Shown here piece after piece: positions 39,407 through 49,023 of a stretch of 64,000 nt of DNA. The translations under genes were made by a program, and so were the position numbers. Every line of letters starts with the position of its first letter. Within the stretch, counting starts at the first letter, position 1. Where the stretch lies: sequence record NC_091964.1, one strand, 5' to 3'. The notes under the pieces are model-generated. The model was not told where the DNA came from. It ran no database searches and saw nothing but the letters and a program-made list of their open reading frames with translations.

Positions 39407-39428
39407 GGGGGACTTCGGTCCCCCTTTT
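39407..39428 (+). terminator. Intrinsic terminator (UUCG loop)
   Basis: GGGGGAC-TTCG-GTCCCCC-TTTT. Confidence 0.85.
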
Positions 39429-39447
39429 ATTCCATGCTGGAGGCATA

Positions 39448-41802
39448 ATGGCTACCGAAGCTATTTTGGATAAAGATTGGGTACGCCAAGCTAACTTGTT
39501 ACCAAAGCGAGTGGCTGACGGACCCAAAGGCTTAAACCAAGTCTCGATGACAGTCGAGCAGTTACAGTTACGTCGTTATACGTCTGCATCGTTTAAGTTC
39601 ACGAACGGCACTCTCGGCGGTAACTTCGCATTGAACATGCCACCGCAACCCTGTCGTTTTGCTGACCCGGTTCCACCGCGTTACGTCGTACCAAAAATAC
39701 CAGGCGGTGGTAAACCAGAATGGGGTATGTCTCGTTGGTATTCTGAAAACATCGACGACTTCTCCACTTTACTCCATATGCGTTTCGGCGTTCCTGCTTA
39801 TAACTCGCTATGGGGTTTCTTTAGTAACTTCTACAACCCCGATGATTCGCGGTTGATTCGTACCGGCCGTGACTGGTCTATCGGATCATTCATTGGCCGT
39901 GCACTGGGCTGGGTGTTCTCTATTCGTCTTCTTCCGTTCATTTGGACAGGTCAGGCAATCAAGTACTTCACTGCGGTAACATCTACTCGCTTTGCGTACC
40001 TGAAGCCGACAATGGGCCTGTACTGGAAGTACGTGAATGACGTGGCTAACACCTTGGCGGCTAACCTCGACATGACTGCTGAAGCCGATGCGTCCTACAT
40101 GCAGTTGGCAGAGAACTATCAGCGTCGTCCTGACAGCACAACCGAAGCTACTAGCGCTCAGCAGGAAGCGAACAGTTCGCCTGCTGGTAATCCTGGACAG
40201 ATATATCAGGTAACGGAAGAAACGGTTGGTCAGGCATTTGAGACTAATCTTTCTGCGGTCAATGACTCAGGTGCTAACAAAGCTGCGCGTTCCTTGTTTG
40301 TATTGGATGACAACACGAAGAACTATTACCGTGAACGTTTACCAGAGATCTATCAGTCAGATGGCTTGATCGGTATTAACGTCTATGCTGTAGTGCTCCG
40401 TGCTCAGTCTTTAGCAGATGCCTGGAACACAGCGGTAATGGAGAAGCAAGAAGCAGCGATGAATGCCGGTCAGACCAATGCTGGTTTACTGGAAACGATT
40501 CGTTCGTGGATTCTCGATGGCGGTGCTACCCAGACGCTCAACCAGCATCTTAATGGCCGTAGCTCTTCTATCGAAGCCTTCTTGACGACCCAGTATTTCC
40601 CAAGCCGTTATGGTGGAATGTCTAAGCCAGCTTCCCCTGGAGGTACTCAGGCTAGTACCGCGGGTAATCCTGGACAGACTCAGACGGAGATCATCACTCA
40701 GGTACAGCAGACACAGTCTCAGGATGAGAAGAATGAGGCTCAGACAAGCGACGGGAAGCCAGAAGCAACGTCTAACCAGTCTGAACAAGGCCTGATGGAT
40801 ATGTTAGGCAAATACGCAACGCAGGCCTATGAGTCGGTGATGTATTTGTGGGATGCGAGTGCGGATAACTTCAACTCGCTGAAGAAAGTATTCAAGGCAG
40901 CTCAGCACGATGGCTCGCAGTTCCTTACATTGCGTGTTAACGGCCGTGACAGCGCTTCTGAGAGCTTTTCTAACAGCACCCGTCAGTCTGACATTGCTAA
41001 CATGATGAACTCCGCCTCGGCGACTGCACGTAACATGTTTATTAACATTGCGGACGGTAATTTAGCGGGTATCCCTTTACTTGGTCAAATCACCGGGTTC
41101 TTGGGAAGTATCATGTCGGGTATGGCAGATAGCTTGCGTATATCGGGGGTTGGTGCGTTAGCAGGTAATGCGTTTGCGGACATCCCGGAGCACTATGATT
41201 CGTCACAGGCTCAGTTCAACCAGATGTCCTACACGATACACCTCCGTGCGCCTTATGGGAACGACCACAATCGCTTCCAGAACGAACTCCTCCCGTTAGC
41301 CTGTCTTTTAGCTGCGGTCTTACCACGGTCCGCTGGTGTCGCCTCCTACGGTTTCCCGTTCCACTGTGAAGCTTATTGTCGTGGACGTAGTCAGATTCGT
41401 TTCGGTATCCCTGTTCAGTTGGATATCACTCGTGCTACTGCGAACATGCCGTGGACAGCTGATGGACGTTTCCGTGGGATTGACGTGCGTCTTACTCTGA
41501 AAGACCTAACGTCGGTCATGCATATGTCCATGAACGAGGTTTCCGGTTGGCGTGCAATTGACCCTACTCGTTGGGGTAACTTGCTGTTCCCGCAGGATTC
41601 TGCGTTCAGCGACTACATGGCGGTTCTGTCTTCCTTAGGTTTAGGTGATCAGATCTACCGTATGCGTAAGTTGAAACGTAACTTGAAAGCGCTGGAAGGT
41701 AGCTTCGAGAAATGGTTCTCTCCTCAGGCTCGTTCTGTATCCCTGTTCTCAGGCTTTACAGGTCAGGTTCTGTCGGCGTTTAGTCATGGTGTCAAAAACT
41801 AA
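39448..41802 (+). CDS. Tail tip / baseplate hub protein (phiKZ gp182-like)
   Basis: Follows the tape measure gene; ...LRAPYGN...LAAVLPRS...RGRSQIRFGIP..LDITR hub-like C-terminus. Confidence 0.65.
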   Translation: MATEAILDKDWVRQANLLPKRVADGPKGLNQVSMTVEQLQLRRYTSASFKFTNGTLGGNFALNMPPQPCRFADPVPPRYVVPKIPGGGKPEWGMSRWYSENIDDFSTLLHMRFGVPAYNSLWGFFSNFYNPDDSRLIRTGRDWSIGSFIGRALGWVFSIRLLPFIWTGQAIKYFTAVTSTRFAYLKPTMGLYWKYVNDVANTLAANLDMTAEADASYMQLAENYQRRPDSTTEATSAQQEANSSPAGNPGQIYQVTEETVGQAFETNLSAVNDSGANKAARSLFVLDDNTKNYYRERLPEIYQSDGLIGINVYAVVLRAQSLADAWNTAVMEKQEAAMNAGQTNAGLLETIRSWILDGGATQTLNQHLNGRSSSIEAFLTTQYFPSRYGGMSKPASPGGTQASTAGNPGQTQTEIITQVQQTQSQDEKNEAQTSDGKPEATSNQSEQGLMDMLGKYATQAYESVMYLWDASADNFNSLKKVFKAAQHDGSQFLTLRVNGRDSASESFSNSTRQSDIANMMNSASATARNMFINIADGNLAGIPLLGQITGFLGSIMSGMADSLRISGVGALAGNAFADIPEHYDSSQAQFNQMSYTIHLRAPYGNDHNRFQNELLPLACLLAAVLPRSAGVASYGFPFHCEAYCRGRSQIRFGIPVQLDITRATANMPWTADGRFRGIDVRLTLKDLTSVMHMSMNEVSGWRAIDPTRWGNLLFPQDSAFSDYMAVLSSLGLGDQIYRMRKLKRNLKALEGSFEKWFSPQARSVSLFSGFTGQVLSAFSHGVKN

Positions 41803-41806
41803 CTGA

Positions 41807-41837
41807 GAGTAGGGGCATGATGCCCCTACTCTTTTTT
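41807..41837 (+). terminator. Intrinsic terminator
   Basis: GAGTAGGGGCA-TGA-TGCCCCTACTC-TTTTTT. Confidence 0.85.
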
Positions 41838-41878
41838 GATGGCTTCCTGTGTAAATATGACAAAGAGGAGTTTTTCAG

Positions 41879-42571
41879 ATGGCAATTACAAACCCAACCC
41901 CGCTCGTATACGACGACCCGAAGCTTGCTTGTATTGCACAGCAGGTTGTATTTGCTGTACCATGGGTAACTCAACCCACCGTAAAAGATTTCCCGTTGAA
42001 GTCAATGCCGCGTATGGAAGTACCGGTTCTGTCTTGGGTAGTTCAGGACAGCGAACTCAACTGGCGTGAAAAATTAATCACCTATCTTAATAGTTTGTTA
42101 GGGGATAATTTCGCAACTCGCATCAACGCGCTTCCCGGTAACTATATTACCGCGATTCTCTCTAACATCTTCTATAACAGCCGTGCCTACGTGGATTGCG
42201 TATTCCCGCCACGTCTGGAAGAAGAAATGTCAAACAACAGCTACGCTGCTAGCGCCTACTGGGTAGCTTATCATGTTTGCGGAATGTTACTGGCTGACAT
42301 TACCGTTAATAAGATTGACGATGCGGCGTATCGCACAAAACAGCTTTCTGACCTGCAACGTGTTATTGCGTTCTGTCTGGGTCAGGTACTTACCGACAAT
42401 CCGGTTGTTAAACGTAGTAATAAAGTTATCGTCGCTGCAACGAACAATACAGCTGAACGTAACACAATCTACGTTGATGCAGATAACCTGGACCGTTACT
42501 TTAACCAGGGTCACACCATCGATCAACTCTGTACTGGTTGGTTGATGTCGAAGACCAATCCTTCCGTTTAA
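41879..42571 (+). CDS. Conserved hypothetical protein
   Basis: SD gaggag; 230 aa. Confidence 0.65.
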   Translation: MAITNPTPLVYDDPKLACIAQQVVFAVPWVTQPTVKDFPLKSMPRMEVPVLSWVVQDSELNWREKLITYLNSLLGDNFATRINALPGNYITAILSNIFYNSRAYVDCVFPPRLEEEMSNNSYAASAYWVAYHVCGMLLADITVNKIDDAAYRTKQLSDLQRVIAFCLGQVLTDNPVVKRSNKVIVAATNNTAERNTIYVDADNLDRYFNQGHTIDQLCTGWLMSKTNPSV

Positions 42572-42580
42572 GGCGAAAAG

Positions 42581-43420
42581 ATGAATCAAGAAAAATTGGA
42601 GCAGCAAGTAGAAACAGCTATCGGACGCGAACTTGAGAAACATCCGGAGCTTAATCAAACGCTGCTTACTGGTATTCACAGTTCCGAAAACGATGCGCTC
42701 GTAGTAGCTCGTATTGCTCAGAACATGTACCCGCTGAACATGGGGTTCTTCAGCCTCATGTACGATCATCTGGTAATTGAAGAGCTGGCGGCTGGCCCGT
42801 TCGTTGATACCGACGGCAAAACGCGCGAAATCTTCCTGTCGGCCGATGCGACTGAACCGGCTACTGTTGATGGCAATAACCTGATTCTTTCCAACGACTT
42901 CTGGGAAAGTAAAGACATCCAGGCGCATGCACTGAAAGACATTCTCGGTCGCTGGTTCCTGGGTCTGCACGTTAAGGTTGATGGTAAGCTTTCTCAGAAA
43001 CACCAGAAAGCAATCCAGACTCGCCTGTCCCTGGAAGTCACCGCATTCAGTGACCTGATGAACAAGTCGTTCTACGGTTACACTGAAGAGAAGTTACGTG
43101 CACTAGCACTAACTATCGTTGAGCTGGGTTATAACTTCATTACCCCGCTTTGTCCTAACTACTGCACGAGCGAAGAATATAGCCGCATGTTTAACTTTGC
43201 CTGCGATGCTATCTTCGAGACAATGGATATCCCTAGCGATAAACCGTTGATTCGTGCATTCAACACTGCGCTGCCTAACGCATTGTTCCTGGACGATCGC
43301 GCTGCTAACATCCGCCGTATCTTCTCAGGTATCGCTGCACAGGCAGAACAGAACCCTGCACTGAAAGAAGCGTTGCCTTTGGACTACATGGCCCAATGTA
43401 TGTCCCTGGTACGTTTTTAA
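42581..43420 (+). CDS. Conserved hypothetical protein
   Basis: 279 aa, codon usage like neighbouring genes. Confidence 0.65.
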   Translation: MNQEKLEQQVETAIGRELEKHPELNQTLLTGIHSSENDALVVARIAQNMYPLNMGFFSLMYDHLVIEELAAGPFVDTDGKTREIFLSADATEPATVDGNNLILSNDFWESKDIQAHALKDILGRWFLGLHVKVDGKLSQKHQKAIQTRLSLEVTAFSDLMNKSFYGYTEEKLRALALTIVELGYNFITPLCPNYCTSEEYSRMFNFACDAIFETMDIPSDKPLIRAFNTALPNALFLDDRAANIRRIFSGIAAQAEQNPALKEALPLDYMAQCMSLVRF

Positions 43421-43428
43421 AAAATCCA

Positions 43429-43453
43429 CAGTTATACATTACTTAAGTGAATA
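43429..43453 (+). promoter_or_regulatory. Putative early promoter motif, copy 1
   Basis: CAGTTATACATTACTTAAGTGAATA; identical copy at 59625, variant at 45701; intergenic, upstream of a small-gene operon. Confidence 0.7.
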
Positions 43454-43513
43454 GTTACCTTATTCAATTTCACTAAGAACCTATAACATTCTGTTAGAAA
43501 GGAAAAGAACCAA

Positions 43514-43954
43514 ATGTCTGATAAAGAAATCAAAGGCGTAATCTCCGCTGAAGTTGTTACCCTGTCCAAGTCACTGGAAGACCATATCTCAATTGATGAC
43601 GAAGGCGTAGTCGCCATCAGTGAAAACGCATTCAACGATTCTCTGCCGGAAAACCTGCGCGAACACGTCGAGCCGATTCAGCGTCATACCGCTCTGTTCA
43701 ACACTGCGCTGCTGGACGCGACTGGTCGTAAAGCTCTGCCGGTAATGAAAGAAAAAGGTCTGAAGCGCGTTAGCGGTTCTACCCGCGTTGGCCTGGACAC
43801 CACTTCCGTAAACATCACTGCACCGACCGGCCGCAAAGCTGACGGTTCAATGAAAGATCCGGTCGTGACTGTAATCAGCCGTCGTGCTGAACACTCTGAC
43901 CACGGCGCGGTGCGTCAGAGCATCTATGATTCTTACCGTTCCCTGAACGACTAA
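43514..43954 (+). CDS. Hypothetical protein, probably early
   Basis: First gene after promoter motif; SD aagga. Confidence 0.7.
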   Translation: MSDKEIKGVISAEVVTLSKSLEDHISIDDEGVVAISENAFNDSLPENLREHVEPIQRHTALFNTALLDATGRKALPVMKEKGLKRVSGSTRVGLDTTSVNITAPTGRKADGSMKDPVVTVISRRAEHSDHGAVRQSIYDSYRSLND

Positions 43955-43993
43955 GATCGACACCGGCAGGTGAGTTAAAACGTTTTAATTCAT

Positions 43994-44020
43994 AGGGGAC
44001 TTAGGTCCCCTTTTATTTTT
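43994..44020 (+). terminator. Intrinsic terminator
   Basis: AGGGGAC-TTAG-GTCCCCT-TTTATTTTT. Confidence 0.8.
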
Positions 44021-44038
44021 GTGGGATTGAAAGGCAAA

Positions 44039-44581
44039 ATGAAAGAAAAGAATCCGGTAGTAGAAGAGGCTATTGCAGCTGCTCGTGAAATCGGCGACAA
44101 AGAAGCTGTAGGTCAGATTAAGTTCGACGGTAACGGTGTGGAACCTACTGCTCCGGTATTACCGAAAATGATCGATGATGAAGGTCGCCCGTATCCGCAG
44201 AAAGAAGTGGATCGTCAGGTCGATGAATTCATCCGTCGTCAATCCTTGGGTATGTTAACGCACAGCCTGATGATGGCGATGGGCGCTGACATGCCGACCG
44301 GTTATACTCTGACGTTGGCCGCAGCTGAAGCTCACCTGAAAGAGCTGGGCTATGTTGTTAAACGCGATGGCGGCGAGTTCGCTGTAACCGTTGAAGTACT
44401 GAACGGTACTTACATCATCCGCGATAAAGATCGTCATCACGCAGTAATGCGCGCACTGCACTTCAAAGCACTGCGTCACGATCCGGACTCAACCGAGTTC
44501 ATCAAGCGTCGTCTGTTTGCCGAACTGACCAAACGCGATGGTACTAAAGTACCTGAAGCAGATAACGGCCAGGTCCATTAA
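44039..44581 (+). CDS. Hypothetical protein (start revised to ATG 44039)
   Basis: SD aagg; clean ORF. Confidence 0.65.
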   Translation: MKEKNPVVEEAIAAAREIGDKEAVGQIKFDGNGVEPTAPVLPKMIDDEGRPYPQKEVDRQVDEFIRRQSLGMLTHSLMMAMGADMPTGYTLTLAAAEAHLKELGYVVKRDGGEFAVTVEVLNGTYIIRDKDRHHAVMRALHFKALRHDPDSTEFIKRRLFAELTKRDGTKVPEADNGQVH

Positions 44582-44643
44582 TTCCATGCTCCCTAGGCGA
44601 TGCCTAGGGAGTTTGTGCTCTCTCAATTAGAAGGATAATAAAA

Positions 44644-45222
44644 GTGTCAATCCCATTTGATCTTGTTAAGAAAATGATTCTCGATATCGCCCGTGGTGTA
44701 ACTCTTACCGAAGCTGCTGAAGCAACGGGTTACCCTATGGAAGCAATTGAGAAGTTCTTCCATGAAGAAGTTGGTTATAGCTACCACGAGTACGAAGGTG
44801 CTGAAGGTATTATGGCCACAACGATGGCTCCGTACTACGACGCTGTTGCTCCGGTTGTACTTAACTACGACATGCGTCGTGTTATCTGCAACGAGATTGA
44901 CAGCTACGGTCAGGTTCTGAAAGACGCTGAAGTTGTTCAGAACGCGGAAGGCATTTGGATCAACGATTCGAAGATGAACGTTGTTGCGTACCATACCTAC
45001 GACAATACCAATCAGCTGGGCGTTATTCACTACGCTGTTAATGGTTTCTATCCCGACGGTTCCGGCGTCCTCCACGAACTGGACGTTTACGGTCAGCTTC
45101 GTCTGACTGAAGAGAACTCTTTCGACCTGGTTGGCGACAGCGCATTAGTCGTTACCTCCGACGAACACATCAACGCCTTTAAGGTTATCTTCAAGGCAAT
45201 CCACAACGACTACCGTGTATAA
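44644..45222 (+). CDS. Hypothetical protein with N-terminal HTH-like segment
   Basis: GVTLTEAAEATGYPMEAIEKFF resembles an HTH; SD aagga with GTG start. Confidence 0.6.
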   Translation: MSIPFDLVKKMILDIARGVTLTEAAEATGYPMEAIEKFFHEEVGYSYHEYEGAEGIMATTMAPYYDAVAPVVLNYDMRRVICNEIDSYGQVLKDAEVVQNAEGIWINDSKMNVVAYHTYDNTNQLGVIHYAVNGFYPDGSGVLHELDVYGQLRLTEENSFDLVGDSALVVTSDEHINAFKVIFKAIHNDYRV

Positions 45223-45232
45223 GGATAATAAG

Positions 45233-45643
45233 ATGACAAACGTAACAATCCCTGCTGCGACGGATGCAAAAATCAAATCTCAACAATGGGTTCAGGCTCG
45301 TGTTGAGATCTCCGGTAAGCTGGTTAGCATCATCGGTCAGGAATGGTTCGACCGTATCGATGTGACGCTCTCTTCGCGTCCTCTCAAAGACTACGGTGAG
45401 TGGGAACACATCCAGCTCGACCAGACTGTTCGTTACCTGGAAAGCCTCCAGTTCGGCCCGTACCAGAACATCGGTGAACCAGACTATGAAGCGGCTGTTA
45501 CTACCGCTGCTGAAAAGCTGCAAGTTCTCATTCTGCGTTTCCGCGATCATTATAACGACGCGGCAATGAAAAACAAAACACACTTCGTCTTCTGCGAAGA
45601 CCATGATGAATTCTCCATTATCATCACGGTCAAAGAAGGTTAA
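45233..45643 (+). CDS. Hypothetical protein (start revised)
   Basis: SD aagga before ATG 45233. Confidence 0.65.
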   Translation: MTNVTIPAATDAKIKSQQWVQARVEISGKLVSIIGQEWFDRIDVTLSSRPLKDYGEWEHIQLDQTVRYLESLQFGPYQNIGEPDYEAAVTTAAEKLQVLILRFRDHYNDAAMKNKTHFVFCEDHDEFSIIITVKEG

Positions 45644-45649
45644 TCACTC

Positions 45650-45684
45650 AGAGAGTACGGCCGGTTGGCCGTACTCTCTTTTTT
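45650..45684 (+). terminator. Intrinsic terminator
   Basis: AGAGAGTACGGCC-GGTT-GGCCGTACTCTCT-TTTTT. Confidence 0.9.
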
Positions 45685-45700
45685 GTTTCTAATTTGGTTT

Positions 45701-45725
45701 CAGATATATATCACTTAAGTGAATA
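45701..45725 (+). promoter_or_regulatory. Putative early promoter motif, copy 2
   Basis: CAGATATATATCACTTAAGTGAATA; contains the perfect palindrome TCACTTAAGTGA. Confidence 0.65.
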
Positions 45726-45764
45726 AACCTATTCAATTTTACAATCAATCTACTAGAGGTACTC

Positions 45765-46397
45765 ATGGCGAGGAAATATGACATTCGTCCTGGTCAAGTT
45801 TATGGTAGACTAACTGTCGTATCGTACGCAGGAAGGAATTCAGCTTGTATAAAAATGTGGGAGTGTAGATGCGAGTGCGGTAACCGCGTCGAAGTAAATA
45901 TTTACTCGATGGTTTCTGGGAGAACTTCCTCATGTGGCTGCAAGAACCGGGAACCTAGTCCGGGTAGACTTAAGCACGGTAAATACAAACATCCGCTGTA
46001 TCCTACATGGAACGGGATGATGAACAGATGCTTTAATGAAAAACATAAGTCATTCAAAAATTATGGAGGGAGAGGGATTACCGTGGAGAAGTCCTTTAGA
46101 ACATTCGATGGGTTTCTCCGGGGCATTCCTAAAGGTTGGAAGAAAGGCCTTCAGATGGATAGGATCGATAATGATGACAATTACGGTCCTGGTAATATTA
46201 AGTGGAGTACTTCAAAGGAGCAAGCTCACAACGGGAGATTGTCGAGACTATCGGCAAGTAAAGTGAGAGAAATAAAAAGAGCTTTATGGTATCACGATAC
46301 TTTCGAAACTTCTGTTTTGTGCAATGTTCCACGTAGAATCGTCGATGACATTCTGTCAGGCGATAAATATACTGAAATAAACGAATATGAGGATTAA
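45765..46397 (+). mobile_element. Free-standing HNH homing endonuclease
   Basis: GRLTV...WECRCECG...SSCGC zinc module, TWNGMMNRC...NYGGRGITV, MDRIDNDDNYGPGNIKWST; more AT-rich than neighbours. Confidence 0.85.
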
Positions 46398-46401
46398 TAC
46401 A

Positions 46402-46968
46402 ATGAGACTTGATACTTTTAAAACCAACGAAGTTAAAGATGCTGCTGCTCTGGCCGAACTGCTGAAAAGCAAAGGTATTGAGAACGAAGAACGTGAGCCT
46501 CAATCACTGGTTATCCTTACCGGTAATAAAAAGAAAGATAATAAGAAAGAGGACCCGAGTCTGCGCACTCAGATGCTGCGTTGGTATAACGCTAATCCCG
46601 ATATGCTGGCGGTTGCCGTAAACAACCTGCTCCGCATCACCCGTGAAAAAGCTGTAGAGGGTGAGCTGATTAACTACGCGATCGAATTCCGTAGCCAGGA
46701 TACCACGCTGTCCAAACAAGCAGAAAACCAGGAAGTCATCGGCATCACTCTGCTCGAAGATTTCCTGTTTGTAAACTACTCCGTGTTCGAAGCACTGGCG
46801 CGCATCAGTCGCCCAGCTGAAGCTAAAGTCCGTCACCTGATCACTGAAGATCTGGAGAAGCTGGACATTTACAAGCTGACTAACGCGCTGGTTGTTGAAA
46901 GCCGTAAAGATAAATCTCCGTACAAACGTTACGACTACGTTGATTTCCTGGACGTGCTTACCTGTTAA
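46402..46968 (+). CDS. Hypothetical protein (start revised)
   Basis: SD gagga before ATG 46402. Confidence 0.65.
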   Translation: MRLDTFKTNEVKDAAALAELLKSKGIENEEREPQSLVILTGNKKKDNKKEDPSLRTQMLRWYNANPDMLAVAVNNLLRITREKAVEGELINYAIEFRSQDTTLSKQAENQEVIGITLLEDFLFVNYSVFEALARISRPAEAKVRHLITEDLEKLDIYKLTNALVVESRKDKSPYKRYDYVDFLDVLTC

Positions 46969-46977
46969 GATGTTCTT

Positions 46978-47023
46978 GCCCGTGCCCATTACAGATTTCC
47001 CCTGGGATAACGCGGGCTTTTTT
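46978..47023 (+). terminator. Long-loop terminator-like hairpin
   Basis: GCCCGTG/CGCGGGC outer stem, inner CCCA/TGGG stem, then TTTTTT. Confidence 0.55.
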
Positions 47024-47053
47024 ATTCTACCGTTAACAAGGAAATAATTAGAA

Positions 47054-47653
47054 ATGAGCTCTATTACAAATAACGTTGTTAATACCGTAACACTGACCGA
47101 TGAAAAATCCTTCAGTGCTGAATTTATCTTCTCTAATAAAGAGACTGCGCTGCACGGCGTACATACTGCGCTGCTAACCATTCTGGCCGGTGCGGCGGTG
47201 GAGCAGGAGTTCAATCGCTCCAATATCTTCTCCTGTAAATACAACGACGTTTTCACCGGGAACGTTACCATCGGTACTCGCGGAGATCGCATCATTATTT
47301 CTGATGGGAATAGCGAGTTTGATATCAGCTGCTACGAAGCTCAGACGTACATCCTGGAACCATTCGGGTTGTTCATGCCGGACTTCGTTCCAATGATCAA
47401 TGAACATCTCTTCGGTTGTGAAGGCATAACCTGCTGGATGATTGAAGAACTTGGCGGGTATTACAGTGGCCAGGATTCTGATCTCTGGATCCTTACCAGT
47501 CAGGGTATGTTGATTGCTACTGAAGAACTACGCAAGGAAGATATGTCCACGTACCTTTCTCCGGTAGCTGTATACGACCTTAATCACCAATGGACAGAAG
47601 AGGAGGTAAAGAATAGCGAACAAATCAAAGCGATCATTGCAGCATCCTATTAA
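47054..47653 (+). CDS. Hypothetical protein
   Basis: SD aagga; 199 aa. Confidence 0.65.
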   Translation: MSSITNNVVNTVTLTDEKSFSAEFIFSNKETALHGVHTALLTILAGAAVEQEFNRSNIFSCKYNDVFTGNVTIGTRGDRIIISDGNSEFDISCYEAQTYILEPFGLFMPDFVPMINEHLFGCEGITCWMIEELGGYYSGQDSDLWILTSQGMLIATEELRKEDMSTYLSPVAVYDLNHQWTEEEVKNSEQIKAIIAASY

Positions 47654-47670
47654 TTTTTAGGTAAGCCTAC

Positions 47671-47806
47671 TATAGTTTGACAACCCACTCCATTTAACCC
47701 CTTGTGCTCGGTCAATGGAACATTCCAGGAAAATAAGACACTCCGGGTTGTCAGCTATAAGAGGTGGGGGATGGAAATCCCCCGTACCTCCCACCTTTTA
47801 TTTTTT
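47671..47806 (+). ncRNA. Candidate structured small RNA ending in a terminator
   Basis: About 15-bp closing stem 47671-47686/47745-47759, internal TCCATT/AATGGA stem, a GGAA-loop hairpin and a U-tract. Confidence 0.4.
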
Positions 47807-47821
47807 GTTCGGAAGAAAAAG

Positions 47822-48103
47822 ATGATTTACATGAACAAGCCGGGTGAATACATTATCGACCGCGATCATTGCGCTATGCGCGTGGTGGATGGTCGACTGG
47901 AGATTGCTACTAAGGATCGTACTTTCTCTTTCGCCAAAGGTGATTCTATTAACCCGCGCGTCATTGTACTTTCCGTACAGGGCGAGCGTATCGTCAACCT
48001 GCAATTTGTACCTGTCGCTGATCAGACTAAATCTGTCTACATGCCTGATTACGATACCGCCGAGAAGTTCTTAACGTTTGTTGAGCACTTCATTAACAAC
48101 TAA
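47822..48103 (+). CDS. Small hypothetical protein (start revised)
   Basis: ATG 47822 after GGAAG. The ORF-track 5' extension runs through the structured intergenic region. Confidence 0.6.
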   Translation: MIYMNKPGEYIIDRDHCAMRVVDGRLEIATKDRTFSFAKGDSINPRVIVLSVQGERIVNLQFVPVADQTKSVYMPDYDTAEKFLTFVEHFINN

Positions 48104-48119
48104 GTAAGGATAAGAATAA

Positions 48120-49019
48120 GTGGAACTTAAACTGATCGATAAAGAAGAATGTGCTTCTCGCGCCAGTGAGATTTTGGGCATGGCGATGTTCCGCCCGGCT
48201 CATCGCGTCGTTAACTTCTTCGATAAGAAGAACGGTCGCATTTACCTTACGGAGTTTCAGGACTTCATGGCTCCGAAGAAAGAAGACTTCAATATCCAAA
48301 CCCAGAAGAGCCTGGCTATTGAGATCGACGCTCCGGATATTGCAGCGCTGCTACCGGATGGAATCGATCTGGAGTTTGCTATTGTTTACTGCGTTCAGCC
48401 GACTCTGTATTTCGTTCAGGTGAAAGATCGCTTCTTCGCCGTGGGACAGCGCCTTAATCATCAGCGTATGTCTGAAGAACGCGCAGATGGCCTCGAGCTC
48501 ATTGAAGAAGTTGGGCTTGATGGCGAATTCCGTTTTGTGTTCCTGCCGCGTGTCGGTATGTGTATCCGCGGTCTTTCTCGTTATGATTACCGTGGTCGCC
48601 GTCACGACTTTGAATTCGCTGCCGACGAAGAGGAAATGAATCGCGTCAGTTTCAGCGGTCTTTTCCATCTGGTTCGCTCTACTGGTATTCCGGTACTGGA
48701 AGAGTTTGGCGAAGACGAAGACCTGGTCCGTAAATTCCTGGGCGCCACTGTTGGCGGCGATGAAGAATCCGCATGGCGTCTGCGTAACTGGACTTACCCT
48801 ACCTTCTGGGATGGCGATAACGAACCACGCCGTCGCTGGGGCAAAGGCGAACTGCTTCGTGGGCGTGGTCGTTTTGCTAACGCGGCGCGCGCCAAAGACG
48901 TATCATTTGAGGCAGGTTCTGGCAAAGTAACCGTCCAACAATTCGAGGGCGAAGATCGGGTGGAAACCTGCACGCCGTGGCTCGAATATTCATTCGCAGA
49001 AACTTTTTACGGAAGCTAA
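48120..49019 (+). CDS. Hypothetical protein
   Basis: SD aagga with GTG start; 299 aa. Confidence 0.65.
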   Translation: MELKLIDKEECASRASEILGMAMFRPAHRVVNFFDKKNGRIYLTEFQDFMAPKKEDFNIQTQKSLAIEIDAPDIAALLPDGIDLEFAIVYCVQPTLYFVQVKDRFFAVGQRLNHQRMSEERADGLELIEEVGLDGEFRFVFLPRVGMCIRGLSRYDYRGRRHDFEFAADEEEMNRVSFSGLFHLVRSTGIPVLEEFGEDEDLVRKFLGATVGGDEESAWRLRNWTYPTFWDGDNEPRRRWGKGELLRGRGRFANAARAKDVSFEAGSGKVTVQQFEGEDRVETCTPWLEYSFAETFYGS

Positions 49020-49023
49020 AAAA

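Noticed and set aside
43959-44020. tRNA or CRISPR-like structure in intergenic hairpin clusters
   Set aside because: Only simple hairpins and terminators; no cloverleaf with T-loop/CCA and no repeat-spacer periodicity seen anywhere in the window.
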